From Paraspadella gotoi (lineage: Eukaryota; Animalia; Chaetognatha), in contig CM119265.1 of the NCBI GenBank assembly GCA_051294375.1, positions 12,698,914 through 12,762,913 on the forward strand: DNA of 64,000 nt, given 5' to 3'. Positions 1 to 22,266 of this stretch are shown piece by piece. Every line of letters starts with the position of its first letter. The first letter of the stretch is position 1. A program made the position numbers and the translations under genes. The notes beneath the pieces are model-generated. The model worked only from the letters and a program-made list of their open reading frames with translations, searched no databases and was not told the origin of the DNA.

Positions 1-72
<72 letters not shown>

Positions 73-561
73 CACCATGACCCAAACTGCATTCAAATGG
101 TCGTTAAATCGATTGGCGTGGCTCGAGGCTTTCAATTCCATCGTCGACGTCAACGACCACCTCCCCCAGCAGCACGCCGAACAAGGACAACAACAAACAA
201 CAACAACAACACGCCCCTTTCCGGCGAGGTCAACCTTCGACTCCGCCTGCCCCTCCGCCGGCCCGCCCGGGGGTCAGCCTCGCTCCCCCAAGTTTGCGCC
301 GAATTGGGATCATCAAGAAATTGTCAGAATCATGTGAAAAAGTATAAGTGGGACTTCAATTTTTACCCCGGAATTGTCGACCCCGTTCGCGTTCGACTAA
401 TTTGAATCAATTGCCCGGTGAGAAACGACAACCACGACGACGACGACCACAACAATGGGAATGACCGAAATGGGTAGCAGCTGATGCAAGATATTACGGA
501 GCTCCGTGCCACGATAAGATTTTCTTTGTTTCTTCCCAGGGTGTTTTTTTCTTTTTTATGT

Positions 562-562
562 T

Positions 563-613
<51 letters not shown>

Positions 614-690
614 ATCTCTCTTTCTTTTTTTTCTTTCTTTTTTCTTTCTTTCTTTCTTTCTTTTTTTTTTCTTTCTTTCTCGTTTCTTTC
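562..690. repeat. (CTTT)n microsatellite (mirrored as (GAAA)n at ~14378-14507)
   Basis: Direct reading of tttctttctttc runs. Confidence 0.9.
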
Positions 691-1053
691 AGTGTGCTCG
701 CCAAATTCTTTTCCTTCACCTTTACAACGGGCCATGGGACATCCATTCCAACAACGAGAACAACGATCAACAAACAAAACAACAACTAAAAACAACAACA
801 ACAACGTGGATTGTCGGTTCGAGTTATTTTCTCCTGAAAATCTTCCTCGAGGGATTCCTGCCAGAGGACGGGGGCGCAAACAGGGACAGGAAAAAAAGTA
901 AAACTTAAACAAATTTACTCTGAAAATGTAATATAGGATGTAAATTAAACAAATTATTTTAACTGTATTTTACTTCAAATCCTCAACAGTAATTCATTTA
1001 AATTTTATATTCAACTGTAACAGTATCTCTTTCTTTTGCTGCACCAAGGTTTG

Positions 1054-1158
1054 CGTATTTTTGAACATTTTTAGTGAATTTTCTAGTATTTTTAACTAAT
1101 TATAAACGGCGTATTTTTGAACATTTTTAGTGAATTTTCTAGCATTTTTAACTAATTA
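1054..1158 (+). repeat. Short tandem duplication (~48-bp core x2)
   Basis: cgtatttttgaacatttttagtgaattttctag(t/c)atttttaactaatta occurs at ~1054 and ~1110; mirrored at ~13910-14014. Confidence 0.85.
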
Positions 1159-1623
1159 CAAAGGCTATAAAATATAAAGATTATTTATTCTAAACTAGAA
1201 ATAAATCTAAGCGGTGCTATTACTATTAATGTAAAAGTACAGTTACAGTTGTTACTCCCGTCACTGTTAGTTTCTCTTTGAGGAATACAAAAGTAAAAAA
1301 GAAAAATTAAACCAAAAAACTAGCGACCAAAAAAAAAAAAAAAAAAAACTCGATTCTTCCGCCATCGTCTGAAAGGGCGAGGAGGCGGAGAGACGCCAGG
1401 AGCCTCGAGCGTCTGCGTCCGAAAAGGAACCCGCGCGCATCCCAAAGTTTAAGCGCCTCGATATTTCTTCCTCCTTTTCTCTCAAGCGCCGTCTCGCGGG
1501 AACCGGGTCAATTATGTGGGGCGGGTCATCTCCAAGGTCGTCCCGAGGCCGTCCAAGGTCATTCTAGGTTACCGACGAAGGCTAAATTTTTTTTAAAAGT
1601 AAAAATAGGGAGACGCACTTCTC

Positions 1624-1728
<105 letters not shown>

Positions 1729-4700
1729 TTGCGAGCGCCGTTGAATTACCAATGTTTACTGTTGTTTTGGGGAGAGAAAGACGTGGAGCCTGAAATTAAA
1801 AAAAAAGAGGATCAACGTTCGAAGAGGAAAAAAACAATGGAATCGCGTTGACGAGTTTTGTGAGAGAGGGGGGAGCGGGAGGGCGTGAAATAGGAGCAGG
1901 GGTAATAAGGGGGCATTCGCGTAAGAGTGGAGTCACAATAAACTGTTCGGGCGAGTTGACCTGAGGGAAGAAACATGAACATTTTTTTTTGTTCTGAAAT
2001 GAAAAACCGAAAACAAAAAACAAAGATAAATATTATGATAAAATCTTTTTTAAAGGGAAGAAAGCGAGTCAAAAAGAAAAAGTTCAGCAGTATGAAATAA
2101 AGATATAATAGCTGCGAGATGCTTTAAAATGGCTCGTTAGCGAGCGAAGAGATTACAAACACTGTTCTCCAATTAAAAATCCCTGGCAACACTACGACGA
2201 ATCTGCGTGGAACCGAAAAAAAAACAAACATCTCGAAGGTTTTAATCCATAAATCTGTCAACGATCTCTAAAAAAATCTCTCTCTTCTCATCTTCTTAAT
2301 CCATCTCCACTTCCTCCTTCTCTACCCCACTCACCCACTCACCCCCTCACTCCTTCGGGCACCACTTACCGCCACTCACACGGTCGCCTTACCCTAATCG
2401 AAGCAGACGACCCTCCATCGGCCCCACCCACAAACCCAATTTCTCGATGTTGCCGCCCGAGGGGGCAAAACGGAAAGAAAAAGGGGTAGTTCGGGGGGGG
2501 GGGAGGTGAAGTAGTACGAGGTGGGCGTGGCTCTTATCTCCTCGCAAAAATAAATTTTTTTCTCGACGGTCGAGTTTCTTCTTCTCGTCGCCCGGTCCCG
2601 CCCCCCTTCCGTCCCCCCCCCCTTTTCCTCTCTCATCCTCCGCCGACCTCCGCAAAAATCGGGTAAGTTTTTTTCCGGGCCGTCGACGCGTATCCACATT
2701 AAGCGAGCGTCTTAATGGTTTCAAGAGTCGGAGGGGACGACGACAGCGACGACGATGACTGCGACGATGACGGCGACGATGACGACGACGGCGACGAAGG
2801 CTCGAGGCGGCGACGAAATGAACAGAAAAAAATTAAATAGTCGCCCAAGAAAAAAAAAAGTTTGAACTGACGAGGAATCTCGAGAAGTGATGAAAGGTAT
2901 TTCTTCCCTCTTCTATTTTTGTGTGTGTGTGTGGTTAGAGGAGTGAGTTATTGAGAAAAATAAACATCATGCAACCTGTATCTTCATTAAAGAATCTTTC
3001 AAAGACGGGCAAAACCGCGACTATAGAGGGGCGATACCATGTAACGCGATGGGTACCTTTCAGTATAAACATTGGCTGGGTACTGACAAACGGTAAGATT
3101 TCTGAGAGGAAGCAAAGAGGACTATAACACGAAAAATCACTAACAGAGTTGCTAGATCTGCGATTCTTTTCGTGAAAATCTTAGATCTATACTATATCAT
3201 ATAACTAACCACCCAAAAAGTATACGAATATTATAGAACAAATTCTGGACCGTCCACATTTGTACTTTAAGCTTTTTTGTGTGAAACAAATTCGACACTT
3301 GGCAAAAGAAATTCGCGGTGTCATCCTAACCAATCTTCGTGTGTTCATTCCGTTTATTTTATTTTTGCATCCATTTATATTTTATAACGCTGATGAGGCC
3401 CCCGTCGTGAAACAAACGTGTCTCTTTCTCTCATAAAATTCCGAGATAACGAACTAATGAAATTCTCAACCCAGAAATCAGTAGCGTACTTCGGTAATGA
3501 TGGAGGAGGAAGAGGAGGAAGACGGAAGAAAAGGCAGGAGGAAGAGGACAGAGAAAAAAGGAAAAGAAGGAATAACACTTTCGAGGAGATGATTGGCGAC
3601 AACGGAGTTAACCCTTTCACCCTTCCTCCACACACTCAATCCACCATTCGACGACGAACGCTGCCGCAGCCTTTAACAATGCGGCTGCCTCCACCCCTAG
3701 CAATTCCCTTCGATACCTCTGCTGATTAAAATACCACAGCCTGCCTACTACCTCCCGCGGCCCACCCCTGCCTGAATAAACAGACGCGTGATCCACAACA
3801 AAGAAAGGAAAAAAAAAACTCTTTCGCTTAGAAAAGGTCAAAATATCAACTCCCAACTCTGCTTTCAAATTTCTTCTATAAATAACAAGATGAGTTCAGA
3901 ACCTTTTTTTTAAATAATAATTTTTTTTTAAGATCATAATCAACATCAACTACGACAACTACAGCTTCCTAATTAAAAATCTCTTATGGACCTAACGAAA
4001 AACGGTGCAAAAAAAAAGCAATAACAATAATTATCTCAAGTTAATCGAAAACTCGAGTTTTTCCACCAAGGGCCACACCCTGGCTGCGTTAATTTTCCAC
4101 GTCCACCCCACCCACCCCTCCGCCACCGACGCTTCTAGGGTGAATGTTTACTTCTATTTATTTTGTTGTTCGCATGTTGATTTCATTGGTAATGTTTTTC
4201 GGCGACGGCTGGCGTCTCTGCCGACCAGATGCGACTCCCGGAACTTGAAATAAAAGGGCATCCGGTGATTCTCTTTTTTTCTTTTTTTCTTTTTTGGTTC
4301 CCGACTTAAATCTCACACGCGGTTTCGGCTATGAGTCATCTTACGACAGGCGCTTGTGGGATCGGCGCTTCAGATCGTTTTTTTTTTTTTTATGAAATCG
4401 ATATATATATATCGACTAGAATGTAAATTCCAACGTAATATAACTTTTATAACGCGCGAAAAAGATTCGGTTCAGCTGGAATATAAGACTTTCGGGTCGG
4501 TCGGGTCGGCTCCGGATAATGGAAAAACGGAAAAAGAATTCGGAAGACGAATTCTTTCCAACTTTTATCGACGTTTTCTTTCTTTACTCGGGAGTCGATC
4601 GCGTCTCCGTTTTTGGATGAGTTTTCGTCAGGAAGAGACATTCCTTTCCGCGTCCTGATTTGTGCACGACGATGACGTTTCCTGTTCGAGAGTATTCCGT

Positions 4701-5211
4701 AGTTTGTATCTCTTTCATTAATTGGCTTTCGTTTAGTTTGTTTAGTTTTTTCAGAGCCGCAATGCGTTACAAATTCAACAAAAAGAATATACTTACACTA
4801 TTAAATTCCACCTCTTAGAGTGACGTTTCCATTGTTCTCTCTTTCTACTGTTTGTTAATTGGGTTTCAAGGCGCGCGGAAATCCATAATTTCATTAATTT
4901 ATTTTTAATGTTTTTTTTTTTTCAAAGTAGAATTGTTTCTCTCGGCTTTTATTTATATTTTCTAAAATAATTTTCCGGCAGATTTTTTTTTTTTATCTAT
5001 CAAATAATTTTTTTCAACTTTTTTTTTTTGCTTTTGCCTTTTGTTTTTCTTCTTTTGTTTTATTTTTTTCATCGAACTTCACGCGATCCGGTGGCTGAGA
5101 AAAATAAAAAAGAAATAAATTCAAGCGAGAGATTTTTGCGTTTTCGTTTGAATTAAAAGCTCAAAAAATGAAAAAGAAATACTTGCAATCGAGCGACGCT
5201 TCTCCTTTTTG

Positions 5212-5428
5212 ATTGGGCTTCCTTTTCAAAGGACGAGAAGTACAATTTTCAAAGTAAACCACAATACTCTAAGATTTCTAAAACGATAATTAAAAAATCA
5301 TATTCATATTGCCGCTCGAGACCATTTTCTCTTTTAAGACCCCTGGACCCTGGTAGCTCAAAACTGACGCAACCACCGTTACTACTTTCTCCGCCTCTCT
5401 CTTCCACCCCCACCCCCGCGCTGATTGG
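5212..5428 (-). promoter_or_regulatory. Possible promoter: two CCAAT boxes plus a CACCC/GC-rich element (mirror copy ~9744-9965)
   Basis: ATTGG at 5212-5216 and 5424-5428; ccacccccacccccgcg lies next to the second box. Motif evidence only. Confidence 0.25.
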
Positions 5429-5978
5429 GCGACTTTAAGAAAAACGAGTTAGGAAATTTGTTTCTCGTAAATTTGGCGCAATTAGCTCTTCGATAGGAAA
5501 GCGAATCTATAGGGAGAAAAAAAAGGGATCATGGTTAAATTGAGATTTGAAAAAGATTAAAAGGTGGAAGAAGAGAAAAGTCAAATTGTAATACTTATAG
5601 GAGAATTCTGGATGAAGACCGAAAAAAGTCGAGTTAGTGTGCGTGGTTGAATAAAACATGAAGAGTAATCCTTGCACTCGTATTGAAAGCATTAGGAAGA
5701 TGGGAAACTGGGGATTTCTTAGTCAGTAAAAGTACAGCGAGAGATTATAGATGACTGATAAGAGCGAATTCGCCTGAAGCTTATTTTACTTGCTTTAAGG
5801 AGAATGTAAATGAGAGTGAAGAGAAACAAAACCCGAGGCAGAAGCAATTAGAGAATTTGGAAAATAAAACGTCTTTGCAATGATTTAGGACTGATTAAAC
5901 CTTAATTGATTTAGAATTCTGCGAGAGATGAGAGTGGAGATGAGGAGAGAAGAGAGAGAGAGAGAGAGAGAAGAAGGA

Positions 5979-6037
<59 letters not shown>

Positions 6038-6201
6038 GGAGAGAGAGAGAGACCGTGACACATTGTGAACTGGTAAAAAACAAAGTCAGAAGCCAAGACA
6101 CGTCCGTTTGTCAGTTTTACTCTCGCATATTGACGATCTCATTACGCACAATTTGTAAACAATAGACGATGACGCTCCTTCCATAATTTTCGAAAATAGA
6201 G

Positions 6202-6256
<55 letters not shown>

Positions 6257-6341
6257 TGGTGGGAGAGAATGCACAAGCCCATAACGGCATAAGAAGGGCA
6301 ATTAGACGGATATCAGCCGAATAGAAACGAGGGACCAATCC

Positions 6342-6387
<46 letters not shown>

Positions 6388-7481
6388 AACGAAGACGACG
6401 ATGAAAACGACGACGACTTCGACGACGCCCATCAATCATTGACAATTTTTTTGTCAGAAGTTACTGCGGAGGCTTTTGTATTGGAGTGAGCAAGTGGATG
6501 TCGAAAGGACGGGGTGGTTGGTGGGAAAAGAAAAAAGTAAGTTAGTTTGGTATTTAAACTTAAATCTAGTAAGTTTAAGATTCGCGTCAAACGGATATGT
6601 GCCGGAAAATGGAGTTAATGGAGCTACATTGCAATGGTTTTTCTTTCGCCGTTGCGATTTGAGATCGGGACGATCTGTTTGCGCTGATGCGAAGACGGTG
6701 GTCGGCATTAAAATTGCAGCTTCTTCGTTCGCCGACTCATCCACTGAGAATTGGATCCTTTGATTCTGTACAAGATTAATTGTCCGACTGCGCCAAGCCA
6801 GGCCGTACGTCTCCTTTCTCTCTCTCGCGCATGAATCCGATAAGTTGCTATTTTGTCGAAACTTAGACGCAAACAAAAATCCTTTTGTTACGTGAATACC
6901 AGCGCCCCTCGCGGATGGCGACTCTCTCGAAAGTAGCCCTACGGGCAAACATGTCCGGACCTGGTCAAACAAAAAAAAAAAACACGCCTCAACCCCTCAC
7001 CAGTCTTTCCCCCCCCCGACCCCGAAAACCGCCGCGGGAGCAAGCAATATCGCGAACGTCGTCGAAGCGCTAAGCAAGCAATATCGGCGGGAACAAACAA
7101 AGAAAAAGTAGACCGATGGCGAATCTCGGAAGAAAAAACTTTCGTTCTCTTGCACAAGGGTTTTTTTGGGAGGGGGGAGGCTGGAGGAGGGAGGCTGGAG
7201 GGGGAGGCTGGAGGAGGGAGGCTGGAGGGAGGGAGGTGGAGAAGATGTTGTCGCGGTAGCCTTCGTGTTTGAGTATTTATTTTTAATAAAAATTCCACGT
7301 ACATAATGGTGTATTGTTGGATTTTATAGATACTATTTTATTAACTCGCCAACGTTTAAGAGATCGGATTCTGGATTTATAAGTTATCGCAATCTGAATC
7401 TGAACGTCGGAAAAAAATTTAATAACTTATATCCAATGGAATATTCTCTTCTTACCTTGCGAGGATAACATCTTCGAGAGA

Positions 7482-7518
<37 letters not shown>

Positions 7519-7528
7519 TCCTTCCTCT

Positions 7529-7570
<42 letters not shown>
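7482..7570. repeat. CT-only microsatellite spacer at the palindrome apex
   Basis: 89 nt of imperfect (CT)n between the two arms, containing only C and T. Confidence 0.9.
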
Positions 7571-15096
<7,526 letters not shown>

Positions 15097-16128
15097 AACG
15101 AAAATGTTTCCCCTTGGGATACATTTTAATTACTATTTTAACAAAATGTTTTTCTTTATTGGTTTGTGTTTTTGTAGTGTTTTTAGAAAACTATACAAAC
15201 CGCAACCTCTATTGACCAATGAACCATAATTTAGGTAACCTGTTAAAAAAAAAAGAATAAAAAGAAAAAGACACGCAACCAAACGTCAGCGTTCGACTTT
15301 GCAGCCTTTAATTATTCCGAAATCTCTAATGCCCCGAACTCACAGTTCGGAATCCCTTCCGCGCCAATATTGACGCGATGGTTCGATATTAACCGACACA
15401 GAGAAGAAAAATCGTATCATCAATGTTAGCGTCATCACAGCTAATAATATAAATAAAAAATCTTCGTAGTATTGTATACTATAGTGTTCTTTGATGTACT
15501 ATGCTATACTATATTTTACTATACTCTACAATGTCTCGGTTCCGTTGATAAGGGAAGAGCGATAAACGTGTTTTCTCGTAAAGCTGCGATGCGTCTCGAC
15601 ATAAACCAGTGAAAAAGGTACAACAAACGAAAGTCAATCCCGTTGACCTCGAACAACTTGAGCTCATTTTCTTTTTTCCCCCCTTTAGAGCTTCGCTTAC
15701 TTTTTCGTGGTAAGATAAAGAGTAAGTAACCTTGGCAACCGTTCTTGGTTTTTGTGGACGTCGACATTAACGACAATATCGAAAAGTAAGAATTCACTTG
15801 ACAGTTGACACCAAACTGCGACTTTACGTTTTAATTTATTTCACCTGTCAACCGAAAACCTCACCTCTTTCCTTCGCACTTACCCGTTTTCCTTCTCACC
15901 GCCTCCTTGAACGACCTCTACNNNNNNNNNNNNNNNNNNNNNNNNNNNNNNNNNNNNNNNNNNNNNNNNNNNNNNNNNNNNNNNNNNNNNNNNNNNNNNN
16001 NNNNNNNNNNNNNNNNNNNNNNNNNNNNNNNNNNNNNNNNNNNNNNNNNNNNNNNNNNNNNNNNNNNNNNNNNNNNNNNNNNNNNNNNNNNNNNNNNNNN
16101 NNNNNNNNNNNNNNNNNNNNNNNNNNNN

Positions 16129-16262
16129 GTGGAATGGAGGCGGAAAAAGGCGAACCAGGAGTGGAAAACGGTGGAATAGAGGCGGAAAAATGCGAGCCAG
16201 GAGTGGAAAACGGTGAAATGAAGACGGAAAAAGGCGACCCAGGAGTGGAAATCGGTGGAATT
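16129..16262 (+). repeat. 42-bp minisatellite abutting an assembly gap
   Basis: About 3 copies of ggtggaatggaggcggaaaaaggcgaaccaggagtggaaaac; the array probably continues into the gap at 15922-16128. Confidence 0.8.
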
Positions 16263-17399
16263 GTAGGGGAAGAAAGAAGGAACACTCGCGGAATATATAA
16301 GAAAAAGTTGCGAAAAAGGGGGAGGAACTGTACGGAAAGAGAGACTGTTGGTGGAAAATGGACCATGCATCAATGATCAGGTAGAACATCTCTGATGGAA
16401 AAAGGTAGACCGGCAGTGCGAAGATGATAAATCAAGAAGGGTTAAAAATTGAAGGAACCAGCGAGAATTAGAATAACAGGGTTTAAAGTGGTTAATGTTT
16501 CTGAAAATCTGAAAAGAATAAAATAAATAAAATAAAATAAATTTTAACCAAAAGACTTTTTAGGTTAAGATTATAAAGATGCAGCAAATATATTAGAAAA
16601 AAGATCAAGTTGAATAAGGTTATTCTTAATTCGAAAGGTGAGCAGAAAGTAGTCCCACCTCTTGAGTTTCTAGCGTCGAAAGAATTATTCTGGCGAGAAT
16701 TTATCAATGTCATTGTAACTATAGAAAATCCCGAAAAAGAGTCGATCGTTTGTCGTGGTCGTTGCTCGTCGTCTTCACGATCCGAGTTTCTATTAGTCGC
16801 TATAAGATGGTTGCCAGTTTAAGTAAATCTGTAAATCCATGATATCTGAATCGGACGCCTGATTAAAATTTACTGACATGATATCATGATATTGAGCACT
16901 TTCTAATTTTTCATCAATCATCAGAATTCTTTTTTTTTTTAAATTCGATGATCAATTGGTTTTTCAACAAAACAGAAGCTTGAATACATTGACTCGAATT
17001 TTTCACGCTTCCTTATTACTTACTAAACGCGAGACCGACACTACCACTTACCACTTACCCTCACTCTCACCGCACGCTTCACCCTCCGATCCGACGATCA
17101 TTAAAAACCCGCGACGATAAACTGGTAAGTTCGAGCTTCGACAAATAGGGAAGACCGAATGTTATTGGCCTCATTTCCGACGAACCCTTTTCGCTCACGG
17201 GTGGGGAGTGTAAACACCCATTTTGGTAACGCGTCCCCTGGTGTTCGAAACGAAGGCCTCCGTTCGATGACTTTTTTCCAGTTCGTTTACAAAATTTTTT
17301 TCCATGAACGAAACTGAAAAATCCCTGTTTGGCTATCCACGTTTGCCAGCCGATGTTCTTCTTTCGTGCAAATTAGCAGTCAGTCCCGCTACTTTCTTC

Positions 17400-17437
<38 letters not shown>

Positions 17438-17567
17438 TCTCTCTCTCTCTCTCTGCTCTCTCTTCTCTCTCTTCCTTTCCCTCATCACTCCCACGAGAAG
17501 ATGCGCGCGAGGAAAAATCTTTTTATGATCGACAAATTTTTTTTCATGGCCATGATTTTTTTCCTCG

Positions 17568-17643
<76 letters not shown>

Positions 17644-17649
17644 TCTCTT

Positions 17650-17693
<44 letters not shown>

Positions 17694-18639
17694 TCTGCTT
17701 CGCAGTCGGCGACGTTATGTCGATGATGATGACGACGATGATGAAGTTGCCGAAACGACCGCATGGCGAAACGACCGACTACCGTATGACGACGATGGCG
17801 AGGACGACGACGACGATGACAACTACGACGACGAATAGCGCAATAATTCGATCTCCCTCAGAGAAGTCGAGTCCTTTTCAAGCGTTGATTCCCCCCCCCC
17901 CACCTTCCTTTGGCTTCATCGCCGACATTTTTTTTCCTTTGTACCTTAGCACTATTACTTTACCTCAGCCATACTGCCTTAAGTAATAGTATTAAAGAGG
18001 CTTTTTATTACGAAATCATTCAATCATTACATCTAATATAACAATTATTCATTCATTCAAAGAATAAGTTATCATGCTTCTTGAAAGGATATCGTGTGTT
18101 GAAACCTCCAGCCCCTTACAAGTTAATGACATAGCCATAAGCCATGACATGACATGACATTAGCCATAATCAAGACTGTCCCACAGTCAACTCAAATCCC
18201 AGAGTGTTTGGCTTCCTTAAAAATGAAATGGCATAATACTACTAATTTTGTTTTCACCCGTTTTACTTGTAATTGAGTTAAAAACCCACTCACTTAAGGC
18301 CGACCATTCGTCTGTGCTTCAAACAAATACCCGAGTTAGTGCCTCACTTAACCCCCAATCCGCACCTTTTAAAAATCACATTCTCAAATGAATCGGTAAA
18401 ATAACTGCTTTGCCCTTGAGGAAACTGCCGCTTCAGCACCTGATTTCAACTGTTTTCCTCTCACCTTAAAATAGATACTTTGCCCCGCCCGCACGTTAAA
18501 GAACTGCTTGGCCTCATCTAGGACGGCTCTCACCTAAAAAAATTCTTCCCAGTCCGCACCTAAAAAGAACTGCGAATCCCCAACGATACCTAGAAGGTTT
18601 TGTCTTGCCTGCATCGAAAATCGTCTGCCTTTCCCACAA

Positions 18640-18758
18640 CTAAAAAAAACTGCCTTGCCCGCACCTAAAAAGAACTGCTTAGCCCGCACCTAAAAAGAAC
18701 TACCAAGCCCGCACCTAAAAAGAACTGCCTTGCCCGCACCTAAAAAGAACTGCCTCGC
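18640..18758 (+). repeat. 25-bp minisatellite (GCCCGCACCTAAAAAGAACTGCCTT), with degenerate copies back to ~18350
   Basis: 4-5 near-identical tandem units; decayed units at ~18487, 18530 and 18555. Confidence 0.85.
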
Positions 18759-20123
18759 CAAGGTCGCGGATTTCGTTAATGATCTCATAGACGCCGAGCT
18801 GTCTTTTTTTTTTCTTGCCGCCAGGAGGCGGGGAGCGAGGGTTGAGCGGTCCGAAGGGGGGACCAAACGGTTTGGTTGTGACTCGAGGGTAAGTTTAAAG
18901 CTGAAAACGATAAGGGAGTGAGGCAAAAAAATTAAGTATGGTCTGAGGTGAGAATTGAGATCCGAGGAATAGGAAAGAAATCACGTCGAGCAGGTCGAAA
19001 GAAAAAAGCGAGGGAAGGGCCTTGGGGTAGGACTGGGCGGAGCGGCGGAGCGTCGGAGCGTCGGAGCCTTACCTTTCGAGATGACGAGTCGAACGAAACG
19101 ATTGAGGAGAAGTAAGTGGCTGCTGTTTATAGGCAAGGAGATTTATGAGACTGAGCAGAGAGACGGAGAGAGACGGGCTAGAAATAAAAAGGAATAAAAC
19201 GAGAAAGAAGGAAGAGAAGGGGGGAGAGAGAGGGAGAGAGATAGGGAAGAAGGGAGGGAGAGGTCGGCCTCTAATTTCGGTCAGAATAGGCGCCACGTCA
19301 AGCGTTATTGACAAGACTTCCGGCGAGGAAAACTAGGACGTCTTTCTCTGGAAGTCGAGCCAGTGAAGGATGAGAAAAAAATGTGAAAGGAAGGGAGCGT
19401 GAAGAAATGTGAAGGAAAAGCGGGAAGAGAAGAGGAGAGAGCGAATTGTGAAGCGAAAAGTGGAATAAAATTGTCAAAAGAAGGAGAAAGGAGTTGAATA
19501 AAATCAAATCAATAAATTGTGAAAAGAGAATCTGAGAAAAGAATTTGAAAAGCCGGAGAAAAAGCTTTTCAAAGGAAACGAAAGGGAAGTTTAAAACTGA
19601 AAAAAAAAAATCAAGATGGGGATTAAAAAAGATTTGAAAGAAATAGTAGTAACTTTACGCCGACAAAAAAGTATTGAATAGTAAGAAAGCTGAAGTAAAA
19701 AAAAGTTGGCGGTAAATTGAACCTTAAAAAGGGAAAAAATTAATAAAACAAATTTGATCAAAATAGGAAACCAACTTAACTGAAACCCAAATTAACAGAA
19801 ATTCAAACAAAAAGTGTCTCTAATTCTAAATTGGATCACCTGTGAAAAGATGAATTGTGAATCGGGGCGTTGAATCGATAAACTTATAAGTTTGGCTTGG
19901 CCTAAGAATAAGAGAGTCTTAACTCAAGATGGCGACTCTTCTTTAAAAATTGTTTTCGTGACTTTATTAGGAGAGATTATTACCGTGTGCTTTAGGCCAC
20001 ATTAATTCAGGTTTCATTAATTTATTAATTCCTTAGAACCTTTACTTATAAATTCTAATTCTCTTTTTCGTATTCTTACTCATTTTCTTACTCATTTTCT
20101 TTTTCATTTTCTACATTTCATGA

Positions 20124-20125
20124 TT

Positions 20126-20217
<92 letters not shown>

Positions 20218-20218
20218 T
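20124..20218. repeat. (CTTT)n microsatellite
   Basis: Perfect tetranucleotide run. Confidence 0.95.
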
Positions 20219-21430
20219 CCTTCCCTCCCTTTCTCTATCCAACATTGAAAGCCACCCAAAACAAGTCCAGACCCCGAAAAGGGGGTCAGCCACGGCGACT
20301 TTGAGACAAACGGTTATGAAGAGAAGAAGGAAAAAGAAAAGGGATAAATCAAAGGAGGAGGAGGAGAAGGAGGAGGAGGAGGAGGAGAAGAAGGGGGACG
20401 ATCTAGCAAACAAAAGGGCAAAGGGGAGTAAGCAATCCGCGTCGCCAGTAACGCGAACAACGGTAAGAGTTGTTTTTGTTTACCGGTTGAAAGCAATAGT
20501 ATTTATTGATTCATTTTTATGATTATTCAGATGATTATGATTATTATGATTATTTTGCAGATACTGATGATAGTTTTCAAAAATTCGTATTATATCGACG
20601 AAGATATTATGATATTATATAAATGGCGTATTTAATAACGAAGGAGTCTTGATTGAAAGCTTGCAGGGACTTGCTATGTCATTTTCTTGTAAGAGTGATG
20701 GAGGCCTTAAACCACCAAAGCCTGTCCAAAGTCAGGGGCAAGATAGCTTATTAATTAAATGAATGGATAATTTTTATATGGGTTGTACAAATTTCATAAA
20801 TTAATAATAATATTATAATATTTTAACGAGTAACACCGCGCCGACGACTATAGAGGCGAATACGACGACGCCGACTGAGGCGAGAAAGCTCTGAATAAAA
20901 AAATACCCGGTTTTCTCCCCATAATCTCTTAAACAAACACGATCTCTTCATATAAGAAGAAGATTTGATTCGCGCCCACGCCTTCGCAACGTCGTTTTCG
21001 TCGTCGTCGCCGTCGTCCTTATGGCAGATAGGTACGATAAAATAAGTTTTAATAAAATATCATGTGAAATGTATCGAGAATTTTAGAATATTTAAATTAT
21101 TTACGCCGCTTACTCAAAAGCCAAAGATCTAAAAGGTATCTTTTTTTTCACACAAAAGGACCCTTTTCGGGCGAGGGACGAAATAAAGTTCACTACTCGT
21201 ATGTAGAATTTGTAGAGGGATCGTTGTGAGAGCCTCTCTGGCGCCGGTTTGCGGTTTTAAAAGTGGAGCAGCGCCCATTTAGGCGCAGAGCAAAATGGAG
21301 AAACCCATAAATCGCGATCGTAAAAGAAAAAAAATTGGAGAATATTCATTTCTTCTTTGAACAAAATGGAGGAGATTTCCTTGACGAGATTTTATGAACA
21401 AATCGATTCTCCCTTTCAAGGCGTGAGGGC

Positions 21431-21472
<42 letters not shown>

Positions 21473-21664
21473 ACACACAAACGCACTCACACTCTCTCGG
21501 GATATACAGTATACATCACAACCGGAAATGAAGAAAGGAGAAAAGAGGAAAGAGTCGCGAATAGATTTCGTGCTCGGCGGATTTTTCTTCTTCCATCTGG
21601 TCCAACTTATTTTCGACTGAATTCCCGTTTCTTCCCGAAACATTTTTTTTTTCTCCTTTTCTCT

Positions 21665-21714
<50 letters not shown>

Positions 21715-22109
21715 CTCTCCTCTCATCTCTCTCTCTCTCTCTCTCTCTCCTTTCTTTTTTCACACTTTCTCTCCCTCTTATCTTTGTCTTCTCTCGATGG
21801 CGAGAGATTCTTAGGCAGAAGTTAATGTCTACCGACGTCGGTTGTTTACTGGTTTTGATTCTCCTTTCACTCGCAATCGTTTCCATCGTCGTNNNNNNNN
21901 NNGTCGTCGTCGTCGTCGGTGCAGTTCTCATCGTCGTCGTCTTTTTGTCTCTAGGAGAAACGCCTGCGCTCCCCATTTATTGCGGATGTCTGGTCTTTTT
22001 TTTCACAAATCCTTGCATCTGTCGCCACCCGAATCGATTTCAATCGCATCTGCATCCACCTTCTGCCAAACGACTTTTCCTCACGACTCGTCTGTTGACG
22101 TCTTTCCAG

Positions 22110-22266
22110 AAGAAGGAGTGTTTTGGACTTTGGAGATCAGCTGTGGTATAAATCTAAAGGCATGGCATGGGACAAGGAGGATAAGATTTATATTTCCAAT
22201 TTCCATTTAAAGCCTAGAACTGCGTCTACACTCGAGGCGTCGGCCGTACGGATTATATGTTTTAAC
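22110..22266 (+). CDS. Putative internal exon encoding an NHL-like beta-propeller blade
   Basis: Acceptor tctttccag| and donor aac|GTAGGT. The open frame reads RRSVLDFGDQLWYKSKGMAWDKEDKIYISNFHLKPRTASTLEASAVRIICFN, resembling the NHL pattern FG..L..P.G.A.D...IY....RI..F. An in-frame stop lies just upstream of the acceptor. Confidence 0.45.

Noticed and set aside
484-912. ORFs rich in F/L/S or K/E/R (also at 5895-6338, 8824-9360, 17304-17986, 21416-21976, 48475-49182 and others)
   Set aside because: They are translations of (CT)n, (GA)n and (CTTT)n microsatellites, not proteins.
7482-7570. Retained SMRTbell adapter at the palindrome apex
   Set aside because: The loop has only C and T and lacks the CCGTTGTTGTTGTTG part of the adapter; it reads as a genomic CT tract.
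16129-16262. Collagen-like coding repeat (GEPGVENGG)
   Set aside because: The 14-codon period breaks Gly-X-Y register, there are no clear splice signals, and it abuts a gap; treated as a minisatellite.
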